Positions 1 to 9,032 of a stretch of DNA of 64,000 nt are shown here, piece after piece. The DNA lies in contig CACIWK010000001.1 in NCBI GenBank assembly GCA_902590345.1, forward strand, positions 40,341-104,340. Reading direction: 5' to 3'. The translations under genes were made by a program, and so were the position numbers. The notes below the pieces were generated by a model. It worked only from the letters and a program-made list of their open reading frames with translations, ran no database searches and was not told the origin of the DNA. Within the stretch, counting starts at the first letter, position 1; every line of letters begins with the position of its first letter. The stretch comes from an uncultured Pelagibacteraceae bacterium (lineage in GTDB: Bacteria; Pseudomonadota; Alphaproteobacteria; Pelagibacterales; AG-422-B15).

Positions 1-1698
1 ATCTGGACTAAACTCAAAATCTAAATTTATACCTTCTCTTTTAATTGGATCAAGATTTGTATTTACAGATTGGTCGTATTGAATTTCATTTAAAGTATCA
101 ATGTCAAAATAATTTACATTTAAATTTGCGACTTCATTTGAGTAAATAACGCCTATCTCTATTCCATCTGACTCCTGATCTTTGAGCTCAAATGAACCAC
201 TTGTAGTCGCCAATATTCTTTCATCAATATTTGGAATTCTAAAGGATTCAGAATAATTGCCGTAAATTGAAAAGTTCTTATCTATTTTTTTCTCTACACC
301 AATGTTTAAAGCTTGATTTGTACTAGAGTTATCATACGTAGCGTGGTCAGTTGCATCCCAGGAATTAACAAAGCCTGATACTGTCCTGTCGATTTCGTCT
401 CGTGCACCGAATTGAGACTCTTCAGATCTAAATCCAAATGACAAGGAAGTATCTGTTTCATTAAAATATATCGTATTCTGAAAGTATACAGACTGAACTT
501 TAAGATCAGCATCATAATTTTGACCTACCTGTTCATCTTCTTTTCTATGTCGTTTTGAATCATAAAAACTATGCGTATGATCAAGGCCAATATTCAAAAT
601 ATTTGTAAACTTTTCATCTATATTCCTAACTTCGTATCTACCATTATAAATGTTCCCATCTATTGTAGTGTTCAAGTACCTATCGCCATCATTTGGAGTT
701 TCGTATGTATTTCCATTGGCAGCAAGAAAGGCTTTATCATTTTTTTTCTTATATCCTATATTCAGGAAGATTTTATTTAAGCTATCGATTTCGTGAACAA
801 TACCTAAATTTACTCTCTCATTTTCTAAGTTTGAATAATCATCTCTTTGTTCTGAATTGCATGAATCTCCATTTGCTGCAAATGAACCACCAATATGTTT
901 TGCAGTCTTACTATCCTCATAACGATTGCAAAAATGATAATTATACACGGCCCCTCCTTTTACTCGAGGACCTGGTAAATCTTGTTCTCTATACGAGGAA
1001 AAAAGGTCTAGATTAAATTTTGTTTGATCAATGGTATTTTTTATATTTAAAACAAAATTCTCGTCTGAATAATCCCCTGCGTCACGAAAGGTATCACTTG
1101 TGAAGCCTGTTCCTGATAAAGAAATAACTCCTTTTTCACCAAATGAATTACTTAAGGAAAAATCCGCACCTAATCTGCTATATGAACCAAAAGAGAGTTC
1201 ACCACGATTTTGTAAATTATCATTTTGAGTAACAATATTGACTGCACCTCCAATAACGCCAGAGCCGTATAATGTTCCTGCAGATCCACCTCTAATAATT
1301 TCAATCCTTTCAATTGAGTCAATTGGTATGTAGGATAAATTCACATTAGACATATCAATGTCATTTAAACGAATGCCATTAACTAGAATTAAAGAATTAG
1401 ATTTAGAGGCTTCACCAAATCCTCTAATGTCCAATGAAGAGTTGGTCCCACCAACGCCATCATAAAGACGACGCACATCAATTCCAGAATTTGTTTCTAA
1501 AATCTGAGGTAAATTTTTGCCATGCTGTGACGCTAAATCTTCCTTACTAATAATTGTTATGTTTGATCCAGATAAACCGGATGAAAGCCGAGTATATTCC
1601 TCATTTTTTGGGTTAATTAAAATTTCAGGAACATCAGCTGAGATTTTGAAAGAAAGTGTTAGTAAGAATGTTAAAATTAAAAATAATCTTTTAGTCAT
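1..1698 (-). CDS. TonB-dependent outer-membrane receptor, BtuB-like. N-terminal ~566 aa only; the C-terminus lies beyond the left edge.
   Basis: Absent from the ORF track because no stop lies in the window. I checked the reverse frame codon by codon and it is open from 1698 to base 1. ATG at 1698-1696 sits 6 nt after GGAGG (1709-1705). The translation starts MTKRLFLILTFLLTLSFKISA (signal peptide). Plug-domain motifs follow: DIRGFG, NSLILVNGIRLND, IERIEIIRGGSAGTLYGSGVIGGAVNIVT. A cobalamin riboswitch lies directly upstream. Confidence 0.85.
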   Translation of the reverse strand, partial: MTKRLFLILTFLLTLSFKISADVPEILINPKNEEYTRLSSGLSGSNITIISKEDLASQHGKNLPQILETNSGIDVRRLYDGVGGTNSSLDIRGFGEASKSNSLILVNGIRLNDIDMSNVNLSYIPIDSIERIEIIRGGSAGTLYGSGVIGGAVNIVTQNDNLQNRGELSFGSYSRLGADFSLSNSFGEKGVISLSGTGFTSDTFRDAGDYSDENFVLNIKNTIDQTKFNLDLFSSYREQDLPGPRVKGGAVYNYHFCNRYEDSKTAKHIGGSFAANGDSCNSEQRDDYSNLENERVNLGIVHEIDSLNKIFLNIGYKKKNDKAFLAANGNTYETPNDGDRYLNTTIDGNIYNGRYEVRNIDEKFTNILNIGLDHTHSFYDSKRHRKEDEQVGQNYDADLKVQSVYFQNTIYFNETDTSLSFGFRSEESQFGARDEIDRTVSGFVNSWDATDHATYDNSSTNQALNIGVEKKIDKNFSIYGNYSESFRIPNIDERILATTSGSFELKDQESDGIEIGVIYSNEVANLNVNYFDIDTLNEIQYDQSVNTNLDPIKREGINLDFEFSPD

Positions 1699-1775
1699 AA
1701 TTTGCCTCCAGTTTGAAGTCACCGCAAACAAATTGTCCAAATGATTATCCCGATCACCTGTGGATGACTATGTTT

Positions 1776-1926
1776 TGTTGGTAGGTCTCCTGACTTCTCC
1801 ATCACTACTTAAGCACACCTTCCCGATTGATCAGTGGTATCTGTACTTAAATTCCAGAGTTACAGTTGCGGGTACAGTTAAGGCCTTAAACCTTATTCCC
1901 TGTTATTCACTTTACGTGAACCAACA
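1776..1926 (-). promoter_or_regulatory. Cobalamin (B12) riboswitch aptamer in the 5' leader of the TonB-dependent receptor
   Basis: The reverse strand reads TGTTGGTTCACG..AACAGGGAATAAGG..CTGTACCCGCAACTGTAA..CCACTG..CGGGAAGG..GAAGTCAGGAGACCTACCAACA. This includes the conserved AGGGAA, CCCGCAACTGTAA and CCACTG/GGGAAGG blocks and the B12 box (AGTCAGGAGACCTACC). P1 closes as TGTTGGT/ACCAACA. About 75 nt of expression platform follow before the GGAGG-ATG. Confidence 0.85.
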
Positions 1927-1967
1927 TTAAAACTATTGTATATTCGAAATTACAAAGCAAGAAAAAA

Positions 1968-3476
1968 ATGAAAATTTTTGAAAATCAAAAACCTCTTTCT
2001 TTTGATTTTAACGAAAGTTTAGACAAGGCTCAAATATCTCCAAACGGGTTTAGAGAGTATGATGCACGATGGCTTTATCCTGAGGAAATAAATAAAAAAG
2101 GATTGGAAATATTTGGTTACAGCCTTGGAAAATTTATAAGCAATTCAGAAGGCCAAGGCTCTTCAATCGTCATTGGTCAAGACTATAGATCCTACAGCGC
2201 TGAGGTAAAATATCATTTAGCAAAAGGGTTATTGACAAGCGGTCTTAAAGTAATCGATGTTGGTTTAGCTTTATCTCCAATGCTGTACTTTGCCCAACAT
2301 CACTTAGATGCCGATAGTCTTGCAATGGTAACTGCGAGCCATAATGAAAATGGTTGGACTGGGATAAAATGTGGAATAGAAAAATCACTTACTTTAGGTC
2401 CTGATGATATTCAAGAAATAAAGGCTATTACTGAAAGAAGTCATGATTTTATTGCCTCAAATAATGGTAGTTATGAATTTAAAAAAGGTATTCGTGATGC
2501 ATATCTAAAATATCTCAAGGGCACACAATCACTAAAAAGAAATTTGAAAATTGTTATAGCTTGTGGCAATGGAACAGCAGGTGCATTTGCCCCTGATTTG
2601 TTAAGAAGCCTTGGATGTGAAGTAATTGAATTGCATTGTAATTTAGATTTTAAATTTCCTAATTATAATCCTAATCCGGAAGATCTGACAATGCTTAATG
2701 ATCTTGCAAAAAGTGTAAAAGATAATAATGCGGATGTAGGATTTGCTTTTGATGGTGATGGCGATCGTCTTGGAGTTGTGGATAATGAAGGTAATGAAAT
2801 ATATTCTGACAAAATAGGATTAATGCTTGCAGAGTATTTATCTGAGAAATATTCAAGTTCAAAATTTGTTATCGATGTAAAGTCGACTGGTTTATTTTTT
2901 AATAATGAGATTTTGAAAAAAAATAATTGCACTGTTGATATGTGGAAGACTGGTCACTCACATATGAAAAGGCGGGTTAATGAAATAAATGCCTTATGTG
3001 GTTTTGAAAAAAGTGGTCATTTTTTCATTGGTAAGCCCTTAGGATTGGGCTTTGACGATGGTTTGAGATCAGCTTCTATGATGATTGAATATTTGGACCA
3101 CCATAAAAATAAGACTATGTCTGAATTATATTCGAAGTTGAATACTTCTTATCAATCTCCAACTATGGCCCCTTTCTGCAAGGATGAGGAAAAATATAGC
3201 GTCGTAGATGAAATAACAAATAAAATAATTCAAGATAAAAAAAATAAAATAAATGTCACTGATTGTGAAATTGTTGAAACAAACACAGTAAATGGAATTA
3301 GATTTAGCTTATCCAATGGCTCATGGGGATTAATCAGAGCATCATCAAATAAGCCATCTTTAGTTATAGTTATTGAAAGCCTTGTTTCAAATAAAGAAGT
3401 TGAAATAATTTTTAAATACATAAACACACTCTTAAATGAAACTGGTAAAGTTGGAGAATACGATCAAAAACTATGA
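1968..3476 (+). CDS. Phosphomannomutase/phosphoglucomutase (alpha-D-phosphohexomutase family)
   Basis: 502 aa. Active-site loop TASHNENGWTGIK (phosphoserine), metal-binding loop FAFDGDGDRLGVVD, and sugar loop GFEKSGH. Confidence 0.85.
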   Translation: MKIFENQKPLSFDFNESLDKAQISPNGFREYDARWLYPEEINKKGLEIFGYSLGKFISNSEGQGSSIVIGQDYRSYSAEVKYHLAKGLLTSGLKVIDVGLALSPMLYFAQHHLDADSLAMVTASHNENGWTGIKCGIEKSLTLGPDDIQEIKAITERSHDFIASNNGSYEFKKGIRDAYLKYLKGTQSLKRNLKIVIACGNGTAGAFAPDLLRSLGCEVIELHCNLDFKFPNYNPNPEDLTMLNDLAKSVKDNNADVGFAFDGDGDRLGVVDNEGNEIYSDKIGLMLAEYLSEKYSSSKFVIDVKSTGLFFNNEILKKNNCTVDMWKTGHSHMKRRVNEINALCGFEKSGHFFIGKPLGLGFDDGLRSASMMIEYLDHHKNKTMSELYSKLNTSYQSPTMAPFCKDEEKYSVVDEITNKIIQDKKNKINVTDCEIVETNTVNGIRFSLSNGSWGLIRASSNKPSLVIVIESLVSNKEVEIIFKYINTLLNETGKVGEYDQKL

Positions 3477-4322
3477 TGTTAATGATGCCCATTCAATAAA
3501 GAAGCGAATAGACATAAATAAAATAAATAAACCAAAAATAAAACTTAATTTACCTTTGGAGAGGTAATGGGCAAATCTTACTCCTAAAGGGGCGCCTATA
3601 ATTGTCATGGGGGTTATTAAAATTAAACCCACTAAACTTACGTATCCATAAGTAAGAGGTAGAGCTACATTATTTTGAATTCCCGCCATAATGAAACCAA
3701 TTGTACCAGGAACAGCAATTATTGTTCCAATTCCAGCAGCGGTTCCAATGGCACGGCGTATATCAAAGTTATAAAGTTTTAAGATGGGAATGCTTATAGA
3801 GCCACCGCCAACACCAATTATTACCGATAAAAAACCAATTGCTGATCCATAGCCATGACCTTTTAAATTGTTTGGAAATTTATCTGCAAATCTCCATTCA
3901 TCTTTCCAAAAGAAAAATTGCAGAGCAACAAAAAATAAAATTATAGAATAAATTAGTATTAGACTGCTGCCTTCAAGAAAGGATACTGCTATCGAACCAA
4001 AAATCACTCCGATCAATAATGATAAAAAAATAAATTTTAAAAAATCTAAATTGACTGAACCTTTCCTGTGATGATTTATGGCTGATATAATTGAAATTGG
4101 AACAATATTTGCAAGGGAAGTTCCAACAGCCAAGTGCATCCTTATACTTTCATCTACTTCTGCCAGTGTGTAGATATAGTATAGAGCAGGCACAACAACT
4201 ACACCTCCACCAATTCCAAAAAGTCCTGCAATAAATCCAGCAAAAATACCAGTACTAACCAACAACACTACAGAGAACAGCAAGTCGCCAGAGGCAACAT
4301 TGCTGAATATTGTTGTAAACAC
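3471..4322 (-). CDS. TauE/SafE (DUF81) family anion-export membrane protein
   Basis: 283 aa, polytopic. Two repeats each carry a glycine motif (GIGGGVVVVPALYY, GVGGGSISIPIL). Its 3' end overlaps the convergent upstream gene by 6 nt. Confidence 0.7.
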   Translation of the reverse strand: MFTTIFSNVASGDLLFSVVLLVSTGIFAGFIAGLFGIGGGVVVVPALYYIYTLAEVDESIRMHLAVGTSLANIVPISIISAINHHRKGSVNLDFLKFIFLSLLIGVIFGSIAVSFLEGSSLILIYSIILFFVALQFFFWKDEWRFADKFPNNLKGHGYGSAIGFLSVIIGVGGGSISIPILKLYNFDIRRAIGTAAGIGTIIAVPGTIGFIMAGIQNNVALPLTYGYVSLVGLILITPMTIIGAPLGVRFAHYLSKGKLSFIFGLFILFMSIRFFIEWASLTS

Positions 4323-4329
4323 TTAAAGC

Positions 4330-5613
4330 TTAGTTTTTGCCCGAAGGAAGTTCGTTAAATGGAACTTTTTTATCCGCTCTTTCATCCTGGGGCAAACCAA
4401 GAACTCGCTCTGCTATGATATTCCGAAGAACTTCATCCGTACCACCAGCAATTCTCATTGCCGCAGAGAAAAAATATCCATTTTGAAATAAGTTCTTTAA
4501 TACAGGGTTTTGATCGTGATGAACCATTCCTGAAGAGTCCATCAATTCGAGTGCATAAGCTGAGACATCTTGCATTTTTGATGCTGTAACAAGTTTGCTT
4601 ATTGATAGCTCGGGGCCAGGAGTTTGGCCTTTAGACAATGCAGTGATGCTTCTAAATTTTGTGTACTGCAAACCACGAGACTGAACATACCAGTCGGCCA
4701 TTTTCTGTCTAACTTCACTATTTTTGATGGCAAGCCCATCTTCAACTTCTAATTCTTTTGTCGCTTCAAATATTTGATCAAAATCAAGCCCAGGAGGGTC
4801 GCCTACTGCAAGTCTTTCATTCATAAGTGTGGTAAGCGCAACTTTCCAGCCTTCACCTTCTCCACCTAATCTTTGACTATCAGGAATTCTTACATCATTA
4901 AAAAAGACTTCGTTAAAATTTGAAGTACCTGATATTTGCTTGATTGGTCTTACTTCTATTCCAGGTGTTTTCATATCTAAATAAAAATAAGTAAGGCCTT
5001 TATGCTTTAACGCAGATGGATCAGATCTTGCAACTATCATTCCATAGTCAGCAAAATGCGCCCCAGATGTCCAAACCTTTTGCCCATTTAAAACCCACTC
5101 ATCGCCATCCTTTTCTGCCTTCATTTTTATTCCAGCTAAATCCGATCCGGCTGATGGCTCTGAAAATAGTTGGCACCATATTTCTTCACCTGTAATCATT
5201 TTAGGTAAGTATCTTTTTTTATCTTCATCTTTACCCCACACCATCATTGTCGGGCCAAGCATACCAATTCCGATTTCAAAATAACCAGAAGGAACTAAAT
5301 AATCATGTTCCTCTTGAGAATAGATAACTTGCTGTATAGGCGATCCACCATATCCTCCAAACTCTTTTGGCCATAAAATAGCAGCAAACCCTGCTTCAGC
5401 TTTTTTCTTTTGCCATACTTTAGCTCGCTCTAAAGCCTCCTGAGCTGCTTCTTTACCACCCTTTACTGTTTCAGGAGCTCCAGCAACAGCAATCTGAGGG
5501 CTTTTATCATTAGGCTTATCAGATATTATTGATCTTTTTTCTGCATTTACCTCAAGAAAGTCCCTCGCTTCTTTTCTAAATGCAGCTTCCTGCTGTGAAT
5601 CATTAAAGTCCAT
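4330..5613 (-). CDS. Acyl-CoA dehydrogenase family protein (long form, 427 aa)
   Basis: ACAD fold motifs: WCQLFSEPSAGSDLAG, KVWTSGAHFADY, and C-terminal RIAGGTDEVLRNIIAERVLGLP. Confidence 0.8.
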   Translation of the reverse strand: MDFNDSQQEAAFRKEARDFLEVNAEKRSIISDKPNDKSPQIAVAGAPETVKGGKEAAQEALERAKVWQKKKAEAGFAAILWPKEFGGYGGSPIQQVIYSQEEHDYLVPSGYFEIGIGMLGPTMMVWGKDEDKKRYLPKMITGEEIWCQLFSEPSAGSDLAGIKMKAEKDGDEWVLNGQKVWTSGAHFADYGMIVARSDPSALKHKGLTYFYLDMKTPGIEVRPIKQISGTSNFNEVFFNDVRIPDSQRLGGEGEGWKVALTTLMNERLAVGDPPGLDFDQIFEATKELEVEDGLAIKNSEVRQKMADWYVQSRGLQYTKFRSITALSKGQTPGPELSISKLVTASKMQDVSAYALELMDSSGMVHHDQNPVLKNLFQNGYFFSAAMRIAGGTDEVLRNIIAERVLGLPQDERADKKVPFNELPSGKN

Positions 5614-5615
5614 AA

Positions 5616-6746
5616 CTAAACTATATTCCTTTTCTCAAGATTTGAAATTAAATTTTCTTTCCATTGTCTTGTACTGCCAATATTTAAAGAAAGTAGTTTT
5701 GATCTACGATAAAACAAGTGGCAATCATAATCCCAGGTAAAGCCAACTCCTCCATGAATCTGAATATTCTCTTTTGCAGCATAATTGAAGGCATCTGAGG
5801 CGCTCACTCTTGCGCCAGCTGCCGCAACTGGCAATTCATTGGAGTCAGTGCTCAAAGCCCATGCCCCATAGTATGCATTTGATCTAGCTAATTCAATTTT
5901 AACATACATATCTGCCATTTTATGCTTTAAAGCTTGAAATGAACCAATTTGTCTTCCAAAAGCAAATCTTTCCATTGAATACTTTTTTGCTTCATCAAGA
6001 GAAACCTGCGCTCCTCCAACTTGCTCAAAAGAATACAAAACTGCCGCTCTGTTGAATATGTTTTCTGTCATATCCCATGCCATACCTTGCTCACCGAGCA
6101 ATTCGGCTTTTACATTTTCAAATTTAATACTGCACGCAGGTCGCGTCGGATCAATTGTTTCAAGGCTTGTTTTGCTTACTCCATCTTGATGTAAATCAAT
6201 TATGTATAATGAAAGTGAATTTCTATTTCCTTTATTATCGCTGTTGGCAGCAATTATTAGATAATCAGCGGTCTCTCCATCAATTACAGGTGATTTGTAG
6301 CCATTAATTTTTTCTGATGAATATTCTGTTTTAACATTTGATGGTTTTGGCGTCCCATTTGTTTCGGATAGGGCGAACGTGCCTATTTTTTCACCTGATG
6401 CAATCAAAGGTAGGAATTTTTTCTTCTGATCCTCAGATCCATAGTTTTTAATAAATTCTGCAAATAAATAGATTGAGGATGAGAATGGTGTGGGTGCTAG
6501 AGATCTTCCCAATTCTTCTGCTATGACGCATAGTTCCAACATACCGAGACCAAGTCCACCATATTCCTCTGGAATTGCAGTTCCAGTCCAACCCATTTCA
6601 GATATTTGTGACCATAGTTCTTTATGATAATGCAGTCGATCGTCATCAAGAATTGTTCTTAATGATTTACGATCACACTTATCGAATAAAAATTTTCTAG
6701 CTTGATCACGTAGAAGTTTTTGATCATCTGAAAAATCAAAATTCAT
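5616..6746 (-). CDS. Acyl-CoA dehydrogenase family protein (376 aa), upstream partner of the tandem pair
   Basis: Motifs GTFALSETNGT and IQIHGGVGFTWDYDCHLFYRRSK. It lies 2 nt from the downstream ACAD gene. Confidence 0.75.
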   Translation of the reverse strand: MNFDFSDDQKLLRDQARKFLFDKCDRKSLRTILDDDRLHYHKELWSQISEMGWTGTAIPEEYGGLGLGMLELCVIAEELGRSLAPTPFSSSIYLFAEFIKNYGSEDQKKKFLPLIASGEKIGTFALSETNGTPKPSNVKTEYSSEKINGYKSPVIDGETADYLIIAANSDNKGNRNSLSLYIIDLHQDGVSKTSLETIDPTRPACSIKFENVKAELLGEQGMAWDMTENIFNRAAVLYSFEQVGGAQVSLDEAKKYSMERFAFGRQIGSFQALKHKMADMYVKIELARSNAYYGAWALSTDSNELPVAAAGARVSASDAFNYAAKENIQIHGGVGFTWDYDCHLFYRRSKLLSLNIGSTRQWKENLISNLEKRNIV

Positions 6747-6754
6747 GATAGCAA

Positions 6755-7411
6755 TTAATCTTTTGTATCGTTTTCTTCTTGAGCTACTGTCTCAGTTTCA
6801 GGAGCTATATCAATATTTTCTGAAACCTCTTCTGCCTCAATGCTGTTCACTTCAGTTTCGTCAAACTCAGATACATTCATGGATTCACTTGGTGATGTAG
6901 GCTCTTCTGTTGACTCTGAACCTTCTACATCATTCATCATATCAATTTCAGAATTTTCTTGTTCAATTTTTTCAAGTTCATCATCGCTTGGAACTATTTC
7001 ATCAGAGGATGGTTGTGGTTGAATAACTTCTTCAATTGGCTTTGCTCTAGACTCTACTCTTGGTGAACGAGCAGTAAATTTTCTTGTAGCCGATTTTTCC
7101 ATTTCTGACTTTGATAAACCACCTTGATACATTTGTCTGAAGGTATCATTATCAACTTCTTCTAGCTCTTCTTCTTCTTCATAATCAGGTATTTGTCTAA
7201 GCTTCGAAACAATACTTTCCTTTAACTCTTCAGCAGTTATTTTTGACTCTCCAATTTCTCGAAGGGCAATAACAGGTTTTTTATCATTTTCAGGATCAAC
7301 AGCTGGAGTAGCTCCTCTACCTAATTGTACAGCTCTTTCTTTAGCTAATATGACTAAATCGTATTGGTTATTCACCAACTTTATACAATCTTCAACAGTA
7401 ATTCGTGCCAT
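6755..7411 (-). CDS. rpoZ: DNA-directed RNA polymerase omega subunit with a long acidic C-terminal extension
   Basis: The N-terminus MARITVEDCIKLVNNQYDLVILAKERAVQLGRGA is the conserved omega core. The remaining ~130 aa are rich in Glu, Asp and Ser. Confidence 0.85.
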   Translation of the reverse strand: MARITVEDCIKLVNNQYDLVILAKERAVQLGRGATPAVDPENDKKPVIALREIGESKITAEELKESIVSKLRQIPDYEEEEELEEVDNDTFRQMYQGGLSKSEMEKSATRKFTARSPRVESRAKPIEEVIQPQPSSDEIVPSDDELEKIEQENSEIDMMNDVEGSESTEEPTSPSESMNVSEFDETEVNSIEAEEVSENIDIAPETETVAQEENDTKD

Positions 7412-7488
7412 AAGAATATTTGGAATTGATGTTGCTTTTTATTGAAATATATAAATAAATCAAGCTGAAAGTTAAATTTATTAAGCAA

Positions 7489-7704
7489 ATGGCCCATTTT
7501 AAAGAAAACACTGAATATATCGGTAGTCCATGTGTAAAAATTTGTAAGTACAAAAAAGACTTCATGGATGGGAATGTTTGCATCGGTTGTTTTAGGGATC
7601 AGTTTGAAATAACTAATTGGGTAAAAATGAGTAACTCTGAAAAGCAGTTAGTAATAGAAGATACTATAGAAAGAAAAAAAGAATTTTTGAAATATCATGT
7701 TTGA
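7489..7704 (+). CDS. DUF1289 family small Cys4 protein (putative Fe-S or metal-binding)
   Basis: 71 aa. Pattern SPCVKICKY..NVCIGCFRDQFEITNW matches the DUF1289 signature SPCxxxC..CxGCxR..EIxxW. Confidence 0.7.
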   Translation: MAHFKENTEYIGSPCVKICKYKKDFMDGNVCIGCFRDQFEITNWVKMSNSEKQLVIEDTIERKKEFLKYHV

Positions 7705-8122
7705 TATCAGTTGGACGTGTAAAAATACTTGGCAAAAAGCAAGCTATAATACAATGTGGTGTTTGATAGGCTGCAGTATTGGTGACTTTGGAACAATTTA
7801 TTATTTTCAAATCATTGATCACTCTTTATCTATATATGTAGTGATGTTGCTCGCAATACTTAATGGCTTGATTACTAGCATTATATTAGAAACCATAATT
7901 CTAATGAAAACATTTATTTTTGCTGAAGCAATTAGTATTGCATTTAAAATGAGTTTCATCAGCATGATCAGTATGGAAATAGCTATGAATGCCACAGACT
8001 TAATATTTGCTGGCGGAGTTCTTACTATTACAATAATTCCTTTTATGCTGCTTGCAGGATTTATTACCCCGCTTCCATATAATTATTACAGACTCAAAAA
8101 ATATAACGAGTCATGTCATTAA
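7697..8122 (+). CDS. DUF4396-like integral membrane protein
   Basis: 141 aa, about 4 TM segments, N-terminal WCLIGCSIGDFGT motif. It overlaps the DUF1289 gene by 8 nt. Confidence 0.5.
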   Translation: MFDISWTCKNTWQKASYNTMWCLIGCSIGDFGTIYYFQIIDHSLSIYVVMLLAILNGLITSIILETIILMKTFIFAEAISIAFKMSFISMISMEIAMNATDLIFAGGVLTITIIPFMLLAGFITPLPYNYYRLKKYNESCH

Positions 8123-8126
8123 AATA

Positions 8127-8990
8127 ATGATTAAAGAAAATGTCAAAATTGACACTGGTAATATCGTAACCTACAGAAGATCAAAAAAAACAAATAATAT
8201 ACTATATTTTTCTCATGCTAATGGTTTCTGTGGGCAGGCATATACTGATCTCTTAAATAAAATTGATAATTCATACGAGGTTATTGCATATGATATGCGT
8301 GGTCATGGCGAAACCGATTTAATTGCAGACTCAAATAAACTAAAATCATGGTATACTTTCAGAGATGACTTAGAGCAATTAGTCGAAAAACATAATGAGC
8401 CAGTGACTTTGTCGGGGCATTCAATGGGAGGCACTGCAAGTTTGCTGCTTGCTCTCTCAAAACCTAAATTAGTAAAGAAACTTATCCTCATAGATCCAGT
8501 CATACTGCCATTGCGTTATATCATTTCATACAAACTTTTGCAGATGGTTAATCTTGCTCATTTAGCAAGTCCTCTTTCAAAGAATGCTTTGATTAGACGT
8601 AATTTGTGGAATAGCAAAGCTGAAGCTTATAAATATTTTTCTAGTAAGCCTCTTTTTAAAAATATCAGTGAAAAGATAATCACAGACTATGTACAATATG
8701 GACTTAAAAAAAATGAACAAAATGAATATGTTTTAAAATGTGACCCACGCTGGGAGTCGGCTTGCTTTAAGCTAACCTCACATGAGGTTTGGTTTGATTT
8801 AAAGAAAATTAATATTCCAATAAAGATTATACTCACGCCAAACAGTGTTGTCTGTAATGAGACAAGTCAAAATAGAATTAAAAAATTAAATCCTCAAACT
8901 GAAATTTGTTTTATTGATGAGACATCGCATATGCTCCCACTTGAAAAAACCGAGGATGTTGCAAGTGAAATTAATAATTTTCTCTCCTAA
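8127..8990 (+). CDS. Alpha/beta-fold hydrolase
   Basis: Nucleophile elbow GHSMGG, HG oxyanion region (FSHANGF), and C-terminal His (TSHMLPLE). I moved the start from 8052 to the ATG at 8127 (MIKENVK) to remove the overlap with the preceding gene. Confidence 0.75.
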   Translation: MIKENVKIDTGNIVTYRRSKKTNNILYFSHANGFCGQAYTDLLNKIDNSYEVIAYDMRGHGETDLIADSNKLKSWYTFRDDLEQLVEKHNEPVTLSGHSMGGTASLLLALSKPKLVKKLILIDPVILPLRYIISYKLLQMVNLAHLASPLSKNALIRRNLWNSKAEAYKYFSSKPLFKNISEKIITDYVQYGLKKNEQNEYVLKCDPRWESACFKLTSHEVWFDLKKINIPIKIILTPNSVVCNETSQNRIKKLNPQTEICFIDETSHMLPLEKTEDVASEINNFLS

Positions 8991-9032
8991 CTAAATCTGT
9001 TCTTAACAAAACAAATAAGGTATGTTTAGCAA

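Noticed and set aside
306-1744. Track ORFs 306-515(-), 571-780(+), 693-1016(+) and 1517-1744(+)
   Set aside because: All lie within or across the uninterrupted 566-codon reverse-strand TonB-receptor frame. Their translations are low-complexity (Ile/Phe/Leu/Tyr-rich) with no recognisable motifs. They are shadow ORFs.
2663-2932. Antisense ORFs inside long genes, for example 2663-2932, 13167-13466, 17497-17748, 21434-21796, 24710-25009, 30240-30515, 32326-32664, 38711-38992, 46475-46705, 48272-48559 and 62590-62910
   Set aside because: Each lies entirely within a confidently identified gene on the other strand and shows no motifs. Such ORFs are expected by chance, since stop codons are depleted opposite coding frames.
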